A stretch of DNA of 64,000 nt, taken from assembly GCF_000143415.4 (NCBI RefSeq), contig NW_003314261.1, forward strand, positions 5,544,360 through 5,608,359, in the 5' to 3' direction. Of the stretch, positions 34,201 through 46,708 are shown one piece after another. Position 1 is the first letter of the stretch. Each line of letters begins with the position of its first letter. The notes beneath the pieces are model-generated. The model was not told the DNA's origin. It saw only the letters and a program-made list of their open reading frames with translations, and did not search any database. The stretch comes from Selaginella moellendorffii (taxonomy: Eukaryota > Plantae > Lycopodiophyta). The position numbers were made by a program, and so were the translations under genes.

Positions 34201-36804
34201 CACGAGGACTGAAAAGCGCACTAGTGGCGCATCGAAGAAGGACAAACAGACAAGCAATAGGAAAAAAGGAGGTACAAATTATATTTGCAATGGCGTGTGG
34301 TCTCATGCCATTCCTTGCAGGAGACACTTCTTCAAAGGCAAAACAGGCAAGCACCAGCCAAGCTCAAACTGACAGTGGTCATAAAAAGCGAAAGCACGTT
34401 GGACAGTCGTCGAGATCAGAGGCATTTGATTCGAAAAGGAAAAAGGGCAACGAAAAGATGATAGGTAATGCCTCGCGGTTATGGCGTGTGTGCTCATGCC
34501 ATTCATTGCAGATCAAGGGCTGAGTGAAAGTAGGCAGTCACCACCTCCTGACTCAGATTCCTATGGCGGACTCCCCTTCCCCAATCTCAATGGAGGGGTA
34601 CAATGGATGAGGGAAGCTTTTCAAGTCAGGGCCACGTTTTTCTCATCTCGTCGTCTTCAAAGGGTGCAAGAACGTGCAGAAACCATGTTAAGACAGTCGG
34701 GTGAGGATACGGTCTTAGGTCACGCACTAAAACAGGCTATGGATGTCTTGTATTTTGAGATGGAGACTCGGCCAGATGATTTTCCCAAGATGGTCCTGGA
34801 AGAACAAGCCATCCAGCCTGAGCAGCCTATGGAAGAAATGCAGGAGAGGGATGAGGAGCCAGAGAAAGATAATGAGCAGGAAGAGCAGAAGGACGAAGAG
34901 GAGGACAAAGAAGAGGAGGACGAAGAAGAGGAGGACGAAGAGGACTTGGATGGTCCTCACAATGGTGATGATCACAATAACGATGACGACGATGATGACG
35001 ACGATGGCCAGCCTGAGGTGGCCAAAGAGCAGCGGAGGAAGGTCATACAAGACAAACCATCAGGTAAATAATAGTACATCCATTCCTAACCTTTTACCAT
35101 TTCTAACATTGTCCATGTAGGTCGCAAAGCAAATGGTAAGTAGAGATTATTCAGTTGAATTTACAAACTCTAGCCTTTAGTGTCGAGGAAGGATAGTGCC
35201 AAGCAAGGGTCGAAACATATGTCCAATCCTTCAGAATCAGTAGTGCGCCCAAGTGATATCGGTCCTAGTTCCTCAATAGCAGTTGATGGTAAATACAGTA
35301 TAGTCGATTCAATGTGCTAATGAGTTTGTTTTTAGTAGCACGGGAGGATACCATCTCAATCGAAGGGAGATATTTGGACATGCATATGGATCCGCCAGTG
35401 GACTCTACTTGCCTGCAAGAGTCATCAGAGCTGGTGGAGGCTACTATCCATATCAACGCCAAGCAAGCTGACCACGCTCCACTTGATGCTGCCCATACCA
35501 CTGAGTCAATCTTGTCCATGTATCCAACTGACGGTGACCAGGCGCCATTGGACCCGCATGAGGCCGCCCCAGCCGCCGAGCCGGTCGTATCCTCATTTCC
35601 AACGGACTCAACGTGTGCCCAATCGTCTGACTACGCGCCGTTGGAACCTCCCAACACCGCCCCTGCTGCCTGTTCGGTCATGTCCACTTTGCCAACGGAG
35701 GCACCAGCTAAAATGGCGTGTGATCACACGCCATCGGAACCACCCCATGCCACTGTTGAGCCAGTTGTACCAGAGTCTACAGCTGAAATGGCATGTGCCC
35801 ACACGCCATCGGATGCGATTGACCCCACATTGCAGAGGAGAGTATTTCCGCCCTTCACGTTTCCTCGACCAAAACCCTCTCAACGACCATCGGGAGCACC
35901 ATTCGCTAATATTGTAGATGGTAAAATTGACTTGTACCATTTTTTATGCTGACGCATTTCATTTCAGAGTCACGGCGAAGGTACTGTATCATTTTTGATC
36001 TGAACGGTGTCCTTTTCTCCCATGAGCGTGGCTCGTCCTCGAATGTCATTGCACCCTCCAAAGCCTGCGGTCGCAAGTTGGTCAAAAGAGACAGATTCAC
36101 ATTAATCACACGGGAGAAACTGCGGAACCTAATAATGACATTCCGACCTTTAATACGGAGTTTGGACATCCATGATGCGCCACAATGCATTAACGTTGCT
36201 ACAGATGATGCACGATCAGACGCGAGTAATATTACCATTTGACTTTCTCCTAACGCAGGAGGATTGCTTGACTATGGTCCATGTGAGGGGTAGCAAGCCC
36301 ATCTTCGTCAAGCCAGAGGCTGTAGTGATGAACCGGACTGCTAGCTCAAGTGAAATCCTCATCATCAATGACTCGCCGATTAAAACTGCAGCGAACACGC
36401 ACACATATGCAGTGCACCCCATCTCTTGCAGTATGGAAACTAGGGAGAAGAAACCGTATGTTCTGGGGGACCTTGCAAAACGGCTTGGAGCGATGGTGAT
36501 AGAGAACCGGCCAGTCCAGGAGGTGGCTGCAGAAATCAACCAAATGGCAGATGGAACGGTATATCAGAAGCCATTTGATCGGACAGACACCAGTCATCAT
36601 TTATGGCATGTATATTGTCTAGCCAAGCACTATCCGCATCTCCATAATCTGCTCAACCGGATGGGTTCTTCGACCACTGAACATGAGCGTGGACATATTA
36701 GAGAAGAGATGGCATTACTATTGGGTTTAAATCCTGATAGTGTGGAGAGTGATGAAATTCCAAGATTATTGTATAGGCGTTGGAGGCAAAAAATAACAGT
36801 CTGA
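31208..36804 (+). CDS. Multi-exon element-borne gene: ParB/Srx-like domain, degenerate N4/N6 methyltransferase-like fold, basic and acidic tracts, and a C-terminal FCP1/NIF (HAD-like) domain that is frameshifted
   Basis: ATG|intron 31211-31449; 863-codon open frame; phase-consistent micro-introns 32629-32682, ~34007-34057, 34144-34199, 34272-34320 and 34465-34511; motifs RLVSDEWVEKM...FYAVSGQHSSLA, CVVEYNCGG.FFRAALLKGVSCVAV and IIFDLNGVL...VWTS...TQEDC...KPIFVK...LIINDSPIK. Confidence 0.68.
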
Positions 36805-37439
36805 GATGGCATGTATTTATTTAAAAATGTAACTTATTATGGCATGGGGTTCCATGCCATTGTATTAATATTAAAAGACAATTCTTTGAGAGGATTTGCA
36901 TTATACTAGAAGTGTTACAGCATGTTATTGGAAGTCTACGAAGTTGTTTTATTAATAAGGGGAAAGTAAAGATTGAATGGGGACTTGGGCTCCACCTAGA
37001 CTTGGAGCAACTGAGCCAATATTAAAAGGATGGAAAGAAATTGGACGACGATGACAAGGAGAAGAGAGAGGTGAAGCAGTGGCAGGGGGAGGAGAAGTGA
37101 TTGAGTAGACATTTCCTTGTTTAAAATAAAATGGCATATGCCTCAATGCAGTTGAATTTTGTTATATTTATATACTATATAAAGGTTTGGAAACCTTATT
37201 TTACAAGTGGGATAATGACAATTCCCACTTTAACGAAATAGAGCTTGTATTGTGTTTGAAGTCATTGAAAAGCTATTTTGAAAGGAGAGAAGAAACTTAT
37301 ATTAAATGGCTATATTGTAGCACATGTGGTTTTCATCCTTCATCTTATGGTGATTTACTATAGGATAACTATGAAACGGAATTTAAACCCTCTATATGCC
37401 ACATGCCATATGCCATATGTTCAAGGACAGCAGAGTGAA

Positions 37440-39020
37440 ACCTAAGTTTCAGAGTTTTGGGTCACTGAATGAAGGAATAGAGCCAAACTCCCAAACTTGT
37501 AGCAAAGGAATGAAGGAGCAAAAGAACTAGAGCACAGAATGATTTCTGAGTGTTTAGCCCAAAGAGCAAAGGGACAGAAGCAGGGATAGTGCCCAAAGAA
37601 GTGCTCAAGAGCAGCTCTTATTCTCAAAAGGGAAACTAACTATGGTGCTCCCGGCTCATGTGGAATGGTGCCTCATTTGAGTACATTGAGGCTCTTTGGT
37701 CCTTACCCTTCCCAAGGGCTTGGGCTTTCCCTTCGGGATGGAAGTGGGGGAGTAGGGGTATTTATATTGGGCCGTTAGGCCATGGTGTTTACCCCTAGCG
37801 TCTTGAAGCAAGTGTTGTTAAGATTTAGAGGGTCCCATAATCAACTTTTGTTGTACCAAAAGATGTTAGGAACCTGGAGGCTTGGTGTGTTTAGCTACTT
37901 ATGCTTACGGGGAGTGTAGTTGAACCTTAAGTTCAGTGTAACCCTGGGAGGGGGATTGGGAGAGAATTTAGGAATCTGTGAATGGATGGCTAACACTCCG
38001 TTGCTTGTGTAGTGACTTGCTGAAACCAAATAAGACCAAGTAAGAGCTGGTATAATAAACATGAACCTTGGTGAGGGAACTTAACTAAAATGTTGGGAAC
38101 CCTTGCAATATTGAGCTTGGTCCCTCAATATTTCCTAAATGATAGCTTAATATATTTACAAAACACCTTTGCTATCATACACCTTATATTACTTTTATTC
38201 AATCTCAATTATTATTTATGGAAAGCGTCTAGATTTATTAATTTGGCATATCTATAAAATGTAAAGATTGTCCTAAACACAATAGTGTTGATCCTGTGTC
38301 CAAATTCACAATCTAGTGCCATTCCATATTTAGTAAGTTTTGAGTTAGTCCTTGGTACTAAGGGTGAAAGCCCAAAATATGTGTTCCCCAAGGGGGATTG
38401 TTATAGAGGGTTCCAAATATATAGTAGGAATAGTGGGTAAATTATGCATGGTTGACCAACTTGAGGTATAGTCTAGCTCCCACTTGTGTGTTTGTTCTTG
38501 TTTTATGTCTGGCTTGGGTCTAAGCCCAAGTTCCACACCATGCTAGCTGATGGAATACCCATATCCTCACATTTGGCCACTAGTATGCTAAAATAATGCT
38601 AGATTTTGTTTGGCTTCATTTGTATATTAGTCTTAGCATTAGGATGCTTGAAGCTCTATGATTGTTCCAAATTCTTTCCATTATATTTTTGGAACCCCCT
38701 ATATCCCCCCCCCCCCCCCCCCTCCCAACCCCCCCTAGGAGACACATGCTTTTGGCTTTCACCCCATGACCTGTATTCGAACTCAATCTCAGACTCGATC
38801 TCGGACTCAACTTTGGACTCGGTCTTGGACTTGATCTCGGACTCGATTTCGAACTCGATCTTGAACTCGATCTTCGACTCTGTCTTAGACTTAATCTCGG
38901 AATCGGTCTTGGACGATCTTAGATCTCGAACTCAATCTCAAACTCAGTCTTGGACTCGGTCTTGAACTCGGTTTCGAAGTCAGTCTCGGACTCAATCTCG
39001 GACTCAGTTTCACACTCAGG
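37440..39020. mobile_element. LTR-derived sequence with terminal 12-mer (CTCGGACTCGAT-like) array
   Basis: Shares blocks with 39851-40763 and 48510-48680; array at ~38775-39020. Confidence 0.6.
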
Positions 39021-39519
39021 TTAATTTTGTTAGTCATTTCCTTGTTAGTACAGCTGGAGGGTGTCTAAATATTAATATCTTTGAACATAGAGGAGAGGTT
39101 GTTCCATCACTCATTTAAGTTAGTGTGTTTCCCACATAGTGTGCTATTCATTAACTTTTGAAGTTGTTTCCTTGATAGTTTGCTTAACTCGGGTATGCAT
39201 CAACGAGGATGTTAATCTTCCCTAAGGCAAGGAAGAATGTCGTGAATGTAGCTTTGGGTAACGAAAGATATTTGTTAGCCAATCTTTACAAACACTCTCT
39301 CCTTATTACTATAACAGTAGAAGATTGGTACAATTGGATCCCTTTGGTAGCCTTTTTTGTGTTAGTGGAGTTAACTGAACATTTTGAGTGTAAGGAATTC
39401 TTGTCTTGTTGTGTCTTGCACTGGCTAGTGATAAGAACCTTGTATATTGAGTTTAGTCCTTCAATATCGCTACATGATAACTTACCATATTAGCCAAACA
39501 TCCTAGTTATCATATCTTA

Positions 39520-41050
39520 TATGTTGGTTTTATTCTAGTTAGCAAGGAACTCATAAGATCCATACCAAGTCTTAAAGGCTGTCTTCTCCACATCCTAATC
39601 TGCCACCTGTATCTAATGATACCCAGATTGCAAATCAAGTCGTGTAAAATACTTAGCCTTTAAGAGTTGATCAAACAAGTCATCAATGTGAGGCAAAGGA
39701 TAATTATTTTTTACTATGATCTTGTTGAGAACCTAATAATCAATACACATTCTTATGGTACTATCCTTTTTTATAACAAAAAGGACCAGTGCTCTATAAG
39801 ATGACTTTCTTGGTCAAATATTATCTTTGTTAAGAAGTTTTGTGAGTTATTGTAACACACTTGAATTTAAAGTTGAACTCCAAGCTTGTTGTGCTATGAA
39901 ACAAGGGTCCAGTACAATCCCATAAGCACTAGCTCCCATATCCAACACTTGCATGCAAAATGGTGTTAGACAGTGCCTGCACGATTTTGGCATATCGGTG
40001 GCCTAACGTGAGGAGGAGGATACCCCATCGACTAGAGTAGTGTGGAACTTGGGCTTAGACCCAAGTTGGATGCAGAACAAAGAGCGACATAACTTAGTAG
40101 GAGCCAAACTAATATCTCAAATGGTCAAACATGCATTCCAACCACTATCCCTATTATATATTTGGAACCCCCCATAGCCTCCCCCTTTTGAGGAACACAC
40201 ACTTTGAGCTTTCACCCCAAGCCTTAGTACTAAGAGTTAGTCTCTAGGACAAGTTCAAAACTTACTAAATATGGAATGATGCTAGATTGCAAATTTGAAC
40301 ATGGGATAAACACTATTGTGTTTAGGACAATCTCTACATTCATTAAATATGCTATATTAGCAAATCTAGACACTTTCCATAAATAGTATTTGGGACCAGA
40401 ATGAGACTAACACAAAGGGTATGATAGTGAGAGTGTTTGGCGGACACGTTAAACTTTTATCCAGCAATATTGAGGGATTAGTCTCAATACGAGAGGGTTC
40501 TTGCCAAACCAATGCAAGATAGAGCAAAAGAAAACTAACAAACCGAGCCAAGTATACTTAGCTAAATAGACACTTAGGAATTCTATCCTTATGGTCATCT
40601 GACCAAGTATAAATGTTAAATCTAGTTTACTAACATTTGGACAAGAGGGGTTAATAAAGGGAACCAACAATACCGATTTCTTGCCGTCATGGTAGTAAGG
40701 AAAGAGTGTCCGTAAGGATTGGCCAACAAGTATCTTTCGATACCCAAAGTCACATTCACAACAATTACTTTTTGAGTTCAGCTATCTCCTTGATGTTTGA
40801 ACGACACACAGCCTTTGTAGGTGGTTTAAAACCTAGAATAATCTCAATCTGATGATCAACCTCATGACTACGAGAAAGCCCTAGTGGCAAATCCTTTGGA
40901 AAGATATCCTGATTCCACGCTAATAACTCCAAAATTTCCTTTGGTATAAAATCAACCTTATCATTGATTCAAACTAAGTCACGATCACCCTCAGTTTTCA
41001 TCACTTAAACCCAAAAGGTTCGATATCCTTAGTAATTAAGTTTTATCATT
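39520..41050 (-). mobile_element. Ty3/gypsy RT fragment split by a solo LTR
   Basis: DIFPKDLPLGLSRSHEVDHQIEI (right part) continues into [27 protein letters not shown] (left part). Confidence 0.8.
39851..40763 (-). mobile_element. Solo LTR (913 bp)
   Basis: TG...CA ends; flanks GTTAT/ATTAC fit a TSD with two transitions; its terminus matches LTR starts that follow polypurine tracts at ~39238 and ~41794. Confidence 0.7.
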
Positions 41051-44000
41051 GAGTTTTCTTGATGATACCCTAACTATGGAATTATGTTGGATGGTGAATC
41101 TTATATGATGATTTTGGTAAATCCTATACTCTAATATACTCTAATATATGGTTTATTTGATGATAAATTACTTAGAATACTTTTGTGTTCTAATTTAAGA
41201 TTTATTCACTAATAATTAAGTCTCTAAGATATCATTATTTTTTGACTTTGATATTATCTATTTATTGATCTTTGGGTTTGGGCTAGTATAGGCAAACTAA
41301 CTTTGACACTTTGTGTGTATAGTGAAATCTTTAATCATGGGGTAGCTACTGTCAACTGGTCACATCACCTAAATATTTTTTATTTAATTTAAAAGGGCAT
41401 AACCATATAAAAAACTCTAACTACCTATTTATAGTAGTTTATCTAAACCTTACCAATGGGTTTGATTTGGTTGCTTAAGAGGGTTGGGGCTTCTAGCTTC
41501 TCTCTCTATATCATCTGTGGGTATGGGAATATCATCTTTTGTAAGTTGGGTGACACCCAAAGTAGCAAGGGTGGTTAACTCTATTGGTCATTTCCTTATT
41601 AGTGATGGCCAAAAGGTGTTTGAGTTGTAATGCATTTGCGTTAAACAGAGAGGTTATTCGAACTCATTTAAGTTGGTGTATTTCTCATATAATGTGATTG
41701 CTGTGAACTTTTTCTAGAGTCATTTCTTTAACGGTGGTCTAGACTAAATTATGCATCGACAAGGATGTCGATCTTCCTTAAGGAGGGGCAGAGTGTCATA
41801 AATATGACTACAAGTATTGAAAGTTATATGTCAACTAGTCCTTTCAAATATTCATTCCTTACTATCACAATGGCAGAAGGTTAGTATTGTTAGACCTTTT
41901 TTTTTCAATCTCCACTCAAGTTAGTTGAGAAACTAATTTTTGCATATGCATTTGACTAAAAGACTATATTCCTAAATGCTATTAGTCAAGCGTACTTGAC
42001 CTAGTTAGAGAAACTCATTCATTGACTTGCATTTGCTGGGCCAAGGCCGCAGTGGTTGGATAAACGAGGTAAGTTGGCAAATTGGAAAGGAAAAATTTAT
42101 GGCTTACAATTTGGAATTGAAGTCTTTTCCTTACTTCTAGCGAAGGATAGAGAGATTACTAAGAGATGACTAAGGCAAAGCGTAAGAGAACCAAAGCAAA
42201 GATGGAACCTCCTCCAGAGCTAGAACTTCCTGTCGAACAACAAACTATGGATGAAGAATCCTTGCATGAGGAGAACTTTAGTGAGGAATCTTCCAAGCAA
42301 GAGTCCGGTGGAGAGGTTCAATCGTTCAAGGCTCGATGGGATATTCTAGAAGGACAATTGGGATAGATCAATGTCCTGCTGGAGACCCTTGTATGCAAGC
42401 TAAAGTGTGACGAAAAGTGGAAGAAAAAACAAAAGACTATAGAGGCTAGCAACGTAGAAGGCATGGACCCTTTAATGGGAATTGAGGCAGAACTAAACAA
42501 GGTTAAACAAACCAAAGTGAAATTAATCCCCCAGGCAGTTCCCAAGTATAAACTAAAGCCCCCACCAATTTTTAAGGGATTGAACCAATATAAAGTGGTG
42601 GAGGATTGGTTTTACGATATGGAAGATTACTTCTGAGCGTTGCGGTTATCGAACTCAAAGAAAATCCCATGTGCAAAACCATACTTGGCAGATAATGCTA
42701 AGTCTTGGTGGAGAACAATAGAGGCTAATAAAGAACCGATGGCCACTTGGGAAATGATGAAGGTGAGGATCCATGCAACCTATGTTCCACCGGATGCTAC
42801 TTTACACTTAAGGGATGAGCTGAGTAAGTTGAGGCAAGCAGGAACTATTCAAAAGTATGTGAATGCGTTCATGGCAAAGAGGATCCTTGTTATGGACATG
42901 GGCGACATGGATGCATTTCATGCCTTCATATTAAGCTTGCAAACCTGAGCTCGAGGCAAGGTGATGCATTGGAACCTGAACAACTACAAAGAAGCATTGG
43001 ATGCAGTTATCAAGGTGCATTTCAATGATAACCTACAAAAGGGGAATACAATGGGATTGGGGTTCATGTTTAGCAAAGGGACCAAACTAAGGAGGACATA
43101 TAGAAAAGGGAAATTCAAGAAGAGTTTCTCTAAAAATGAGTTCTTAGGGTTTCGAAAAGGCAGATCTAGTGGTTAACACGTAAGTACGTGAGGGAGTCAA
43201 GCGAAATGGGATAAACCCACGGATAAAAAAGTCAAGTTTGTTAGTAGTGTGGGAAATAACATATGTTTAAATTGTGGTGAAGTGGGACATTTTTCAAGGG
43301 AATATCCCTACCCGAAGAAGGCTAGAGTCAATATGGCCATTAAGTTGGGTGGAATCCAAATTAAGGTATGTGATCTAGTCCCTAGCTCAAAGTTACTTAT
43401 TACACGAGCAACTTTGGTAAAGAGTCATTCGTAACATCTACTAGTCCTCCGAGGGAAACTTGGAGGTAGCTTTGTTAAGATCCTTATTGACACGGGTACT
43501 TTGGATAATTTTGTGGCTATAGATATAGTCTGGCAAGCCAGACTAACAATGCAGCGGCTGGGCAAGCTAAGGACTATAGAGTTTATTCAAGGTAGCCAAA
43601 ACACCAATGAGGTACTTCAACAAGTAAGAGTTGTCAAAATAGGGACATGGAAAGTAAACATAGATTTCACCATATTGGACATGGCGGGATTTGATGTGAT
43701 CTTCGAGATGGATTGGTTCAATCGGTTTGTGGTAGCTCTACATGAACAAGGTAGAAACTTGTGGTATTGGCGAATGCCAGAGGAAAACGATCTAGGGTGG
43801 AGGCTTAGGATCTAAAGGTAGAGCAAAGTAAAGCCAAATACTCTTGCTTGAACCTAGTGTCCACAAGAGGACAACTCACTAAAAGAATTAAGGCAACATT
43901 TTTGTGCTTACTTTCAGTAAGGAGTGACAAAAAGACAGGAACAGAAGAAATACCTTTAGTGATCTAACAGTGTTGGACCAATTTTGAGATACCATGCCAG

Positions 44001-46708
44001 AGGAGTTACTAGCAGGATTACCCCTCACACGACCGATAGAATATAAGATCGAGCTAGTCAAGGGTGCTAAGGTAGTGGTTTATCCCCTCTGTCGGTTGAA
44101 TGAAAAGAAACTCGAGGAGCTTAAGTGCCAACTTGAGGAGTTGGTGGAAAAAGGGTATGTTAGGTTGAGCAAGTTGTCGTATGGTGCACCGGTGTTATTT
44201 ATGAAAAATAAAGATGGCTCTATACACATGTGTATAGACTACCGATTGCTCAATAAGTATACAAAGAAGAACAATTACCCTTTACCAAAGATTGAGGACC
44301 TATTCGATAGGTTGGGGAAGGCAAAATACTTCTTGAGAATTGACCTAAGATCAAGATATTACCAGATCAGGGTAGCAAAGGAAGATGTTAAGAAGACAAT
44401 TTGTCGGACAAAGTATGGAAACTTTGAGTTTATAGTGATGCCTTTTGGGCTGTGCAATGCACCAGCGACGATCTCGGCTGTGATAAACCACATTTTTGTA
44501 CTCTATCTAGATCATTTCATGGCTGTCTACATTGACAATATCTTTATCTATAGCGAAAAGCTAGAGGAGCATGTCGAACATTTGAAAAAGATGTTTGAGA
44601 AACTAAAGGAACACAAAGTGTATGCTAAAGAGAGCAAATGTGACTTTGCTCAACAAGATGTAAAGTTTTTTAGGCATGAGGTGGGTAAGGACGGGCTCAA
44701 GATGGACCTTGAGAAGGTCCAAGCGATCCAAGAATGGGAATGACCATCAAATGTATATGAGTTAAGGGCATTCTTAAGGCTATACAACTATTATCGAAAG
44801 TTTATCAAACATTATTCAAGAGTAACCCTACCTTTAATGGACTAAATGGGAAAAGGGAAGATGATATGGACAATGGAATGCAAGGTGGCATTTGTCCACC
44901 TCAAAGGGAAGTTAAGGAAGGCTTTCATGTTAGTATTACCAAACTTTGGTAAGGACTTTGAAATAGAAACAGATGCTTTAGATTTTGTGTTATGTGTAGT
45001 TTTGAAGCAAGATAACCATCCAATAGCATTTTTTTCAAAGAAGTTGGACAAAACGCAATGAAAGTGGCTTGCCTATAAGAAGGAATTATTTGTGGTGGTC
45101 AAGGCGCTCAAGGAGGGGTGACACNNNNNNNNNNNNNNNNNNNNNNNNNNNNNNNNNNNNNNNNNNNNNNNNNNNNNNNNNNNNNNNNNNNNNNNNNNNN
45201 NNNNNNNNNNNNNNNNNNNNNNNNTGTCGTGGCAAATGCTCTAAGTTGAAAAGCAAGCTTGAAGTTGGTGATATCCAGCGTGACAACAACTTTTTGGGAT
45301 GATATGCAGGTGGCATATGAAAATGATGGTCTAGCACAAGAAGTGTTGCTAAGGAACCAAAAGGTGTAGGATGCTCATCAGAGAGGGGAGCCGCCTACAA
45401 AAGAGAAGACAGGCTATGCAAAACACAATGGACTCATCTATTATAAACATTCAAGGGTGTATGTTTCACAAAAGGAGCTAAAGAAGGTAAACTTAGAAGA
45501 GTGTCATGATGGACCTTTTGTAGGATATGGTGGAGTGCCCAAAACGATAAGCTTACTCAAAAGGAAGTATCATTGGCCAAACATGGCTAAGGATGTCCAA
45601 GACTATATAAAGACATGTCCAACATATCAACAGGTCAAAGTCGTGACTAAGGCTAGTGGGGGCTTGTTACAAAGCCTCCCAATTCCAGATTGTCCGTGGA
45701 AATGTCTTACAATGGACTTCATCATAGGACTCCCCCCAAGTGAGGGGTTTGATGTGATATTCGTGGTGGTGGATTGATTTTTAAAGATGGCACATTTTAT
45801 ACCCACCACAACAAAAGTGGATGCGGAAGGTGTGGCAAAGCTATTCTTCGACCAAGTGGTTTGAGTGCAAAGAAGGCCAAAAGAGATTATTTCAAATAGA
45901 GATAAGATCTTCACCAATAGGTTCTGGAGAATTCTCTTGGAACAGTATCGCACCAAGTTCAAATTCAGCATAGCCTATCACCCATAGACAGGTATTGGGT
46001 ATTAAGTCAAGTTTGATGGCATTAACACTTCTTGACAGATGGATAAACAGAAAGGGTGAATAGGTAGCTGAAGGATTATTTGTGATGCTATATCTTCGGA
46101 GACTAAATTGATTGGGTAAGTCATTTGGAACTTGCAGAAATATGGTATAACAACTCACTACATTTGAGTATCGAGGTGAGCCCATGAGAAGTCATCAATG
46201 GGAGAGTTATTGAAGGTTTTGTGGAACTCGACGTGGTCAAGTATCATGGAGAGTTACTCCTAGTGGAGGCATTCAAGGCAGAAAGACTCAACATTTGGAA
46301 TCTAGTGAGGCATTTCTTGGAACGGGCTCAACAAAGGCAAATTAAAAAGTTACAAAGTGGGATCAATTGGAAGTTGACCCAAAGGTAAAATATATATCTT
46401 CTTGAATATGAACTGCTCTTGAGTTCCTTAAGTAAGTTCATGGGGCCTTATGAGATTGAGGCTCGAATTGGTAAGGTGGCTTACCGCCTTCGGCTTCCTC
46501 GGGAGATAGGGAAGATGCACCCTATGTTCCATGTGAACTTACTCAAGCCGTATTTTGAGGATCTACTTTGCAAGGACTAAGTAAGATGTCTACTTGAGGT
46601 TATCCAAGGGGAAGAGGAATACGAAGTTGAGGTTATCATCAATACGTGCAAGAGTAAGTAACAAGGACGTAAAGTGAGGGAGTTCCATGTGAAGTGGAAA
46701 GAATTTCC

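Larger units (their letters stand above)
25342..36860. mobile_element. Large two-gene DNA transposon-like unit (Sola/DUF7869-type transposase plus ParB-like multidomain gene) marked by dispersed 22-bp palindromes; ends undefined
   Basis: Transposase on -, divergent accessory gene on +, about 18 ATGGCRTG-N6-CAYGCCAT copies confined to this interval, higher GC than the flanks; contains an assembly gap. Confidence 0.7.

Noticed and set aside
25342-36860. Palindromes as a CRISPR-like array
   Set aside because: Spacing is irregular (tens to thousands of bp), there are no cas genes, and the context is eukaryotic
25300-37410. Terminal inverted repeats for the large element (25301-25370 versus 37120-37400)
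   Set aside because: Similarity is weak and mostly explained by the palindrome half-site; no TSD found
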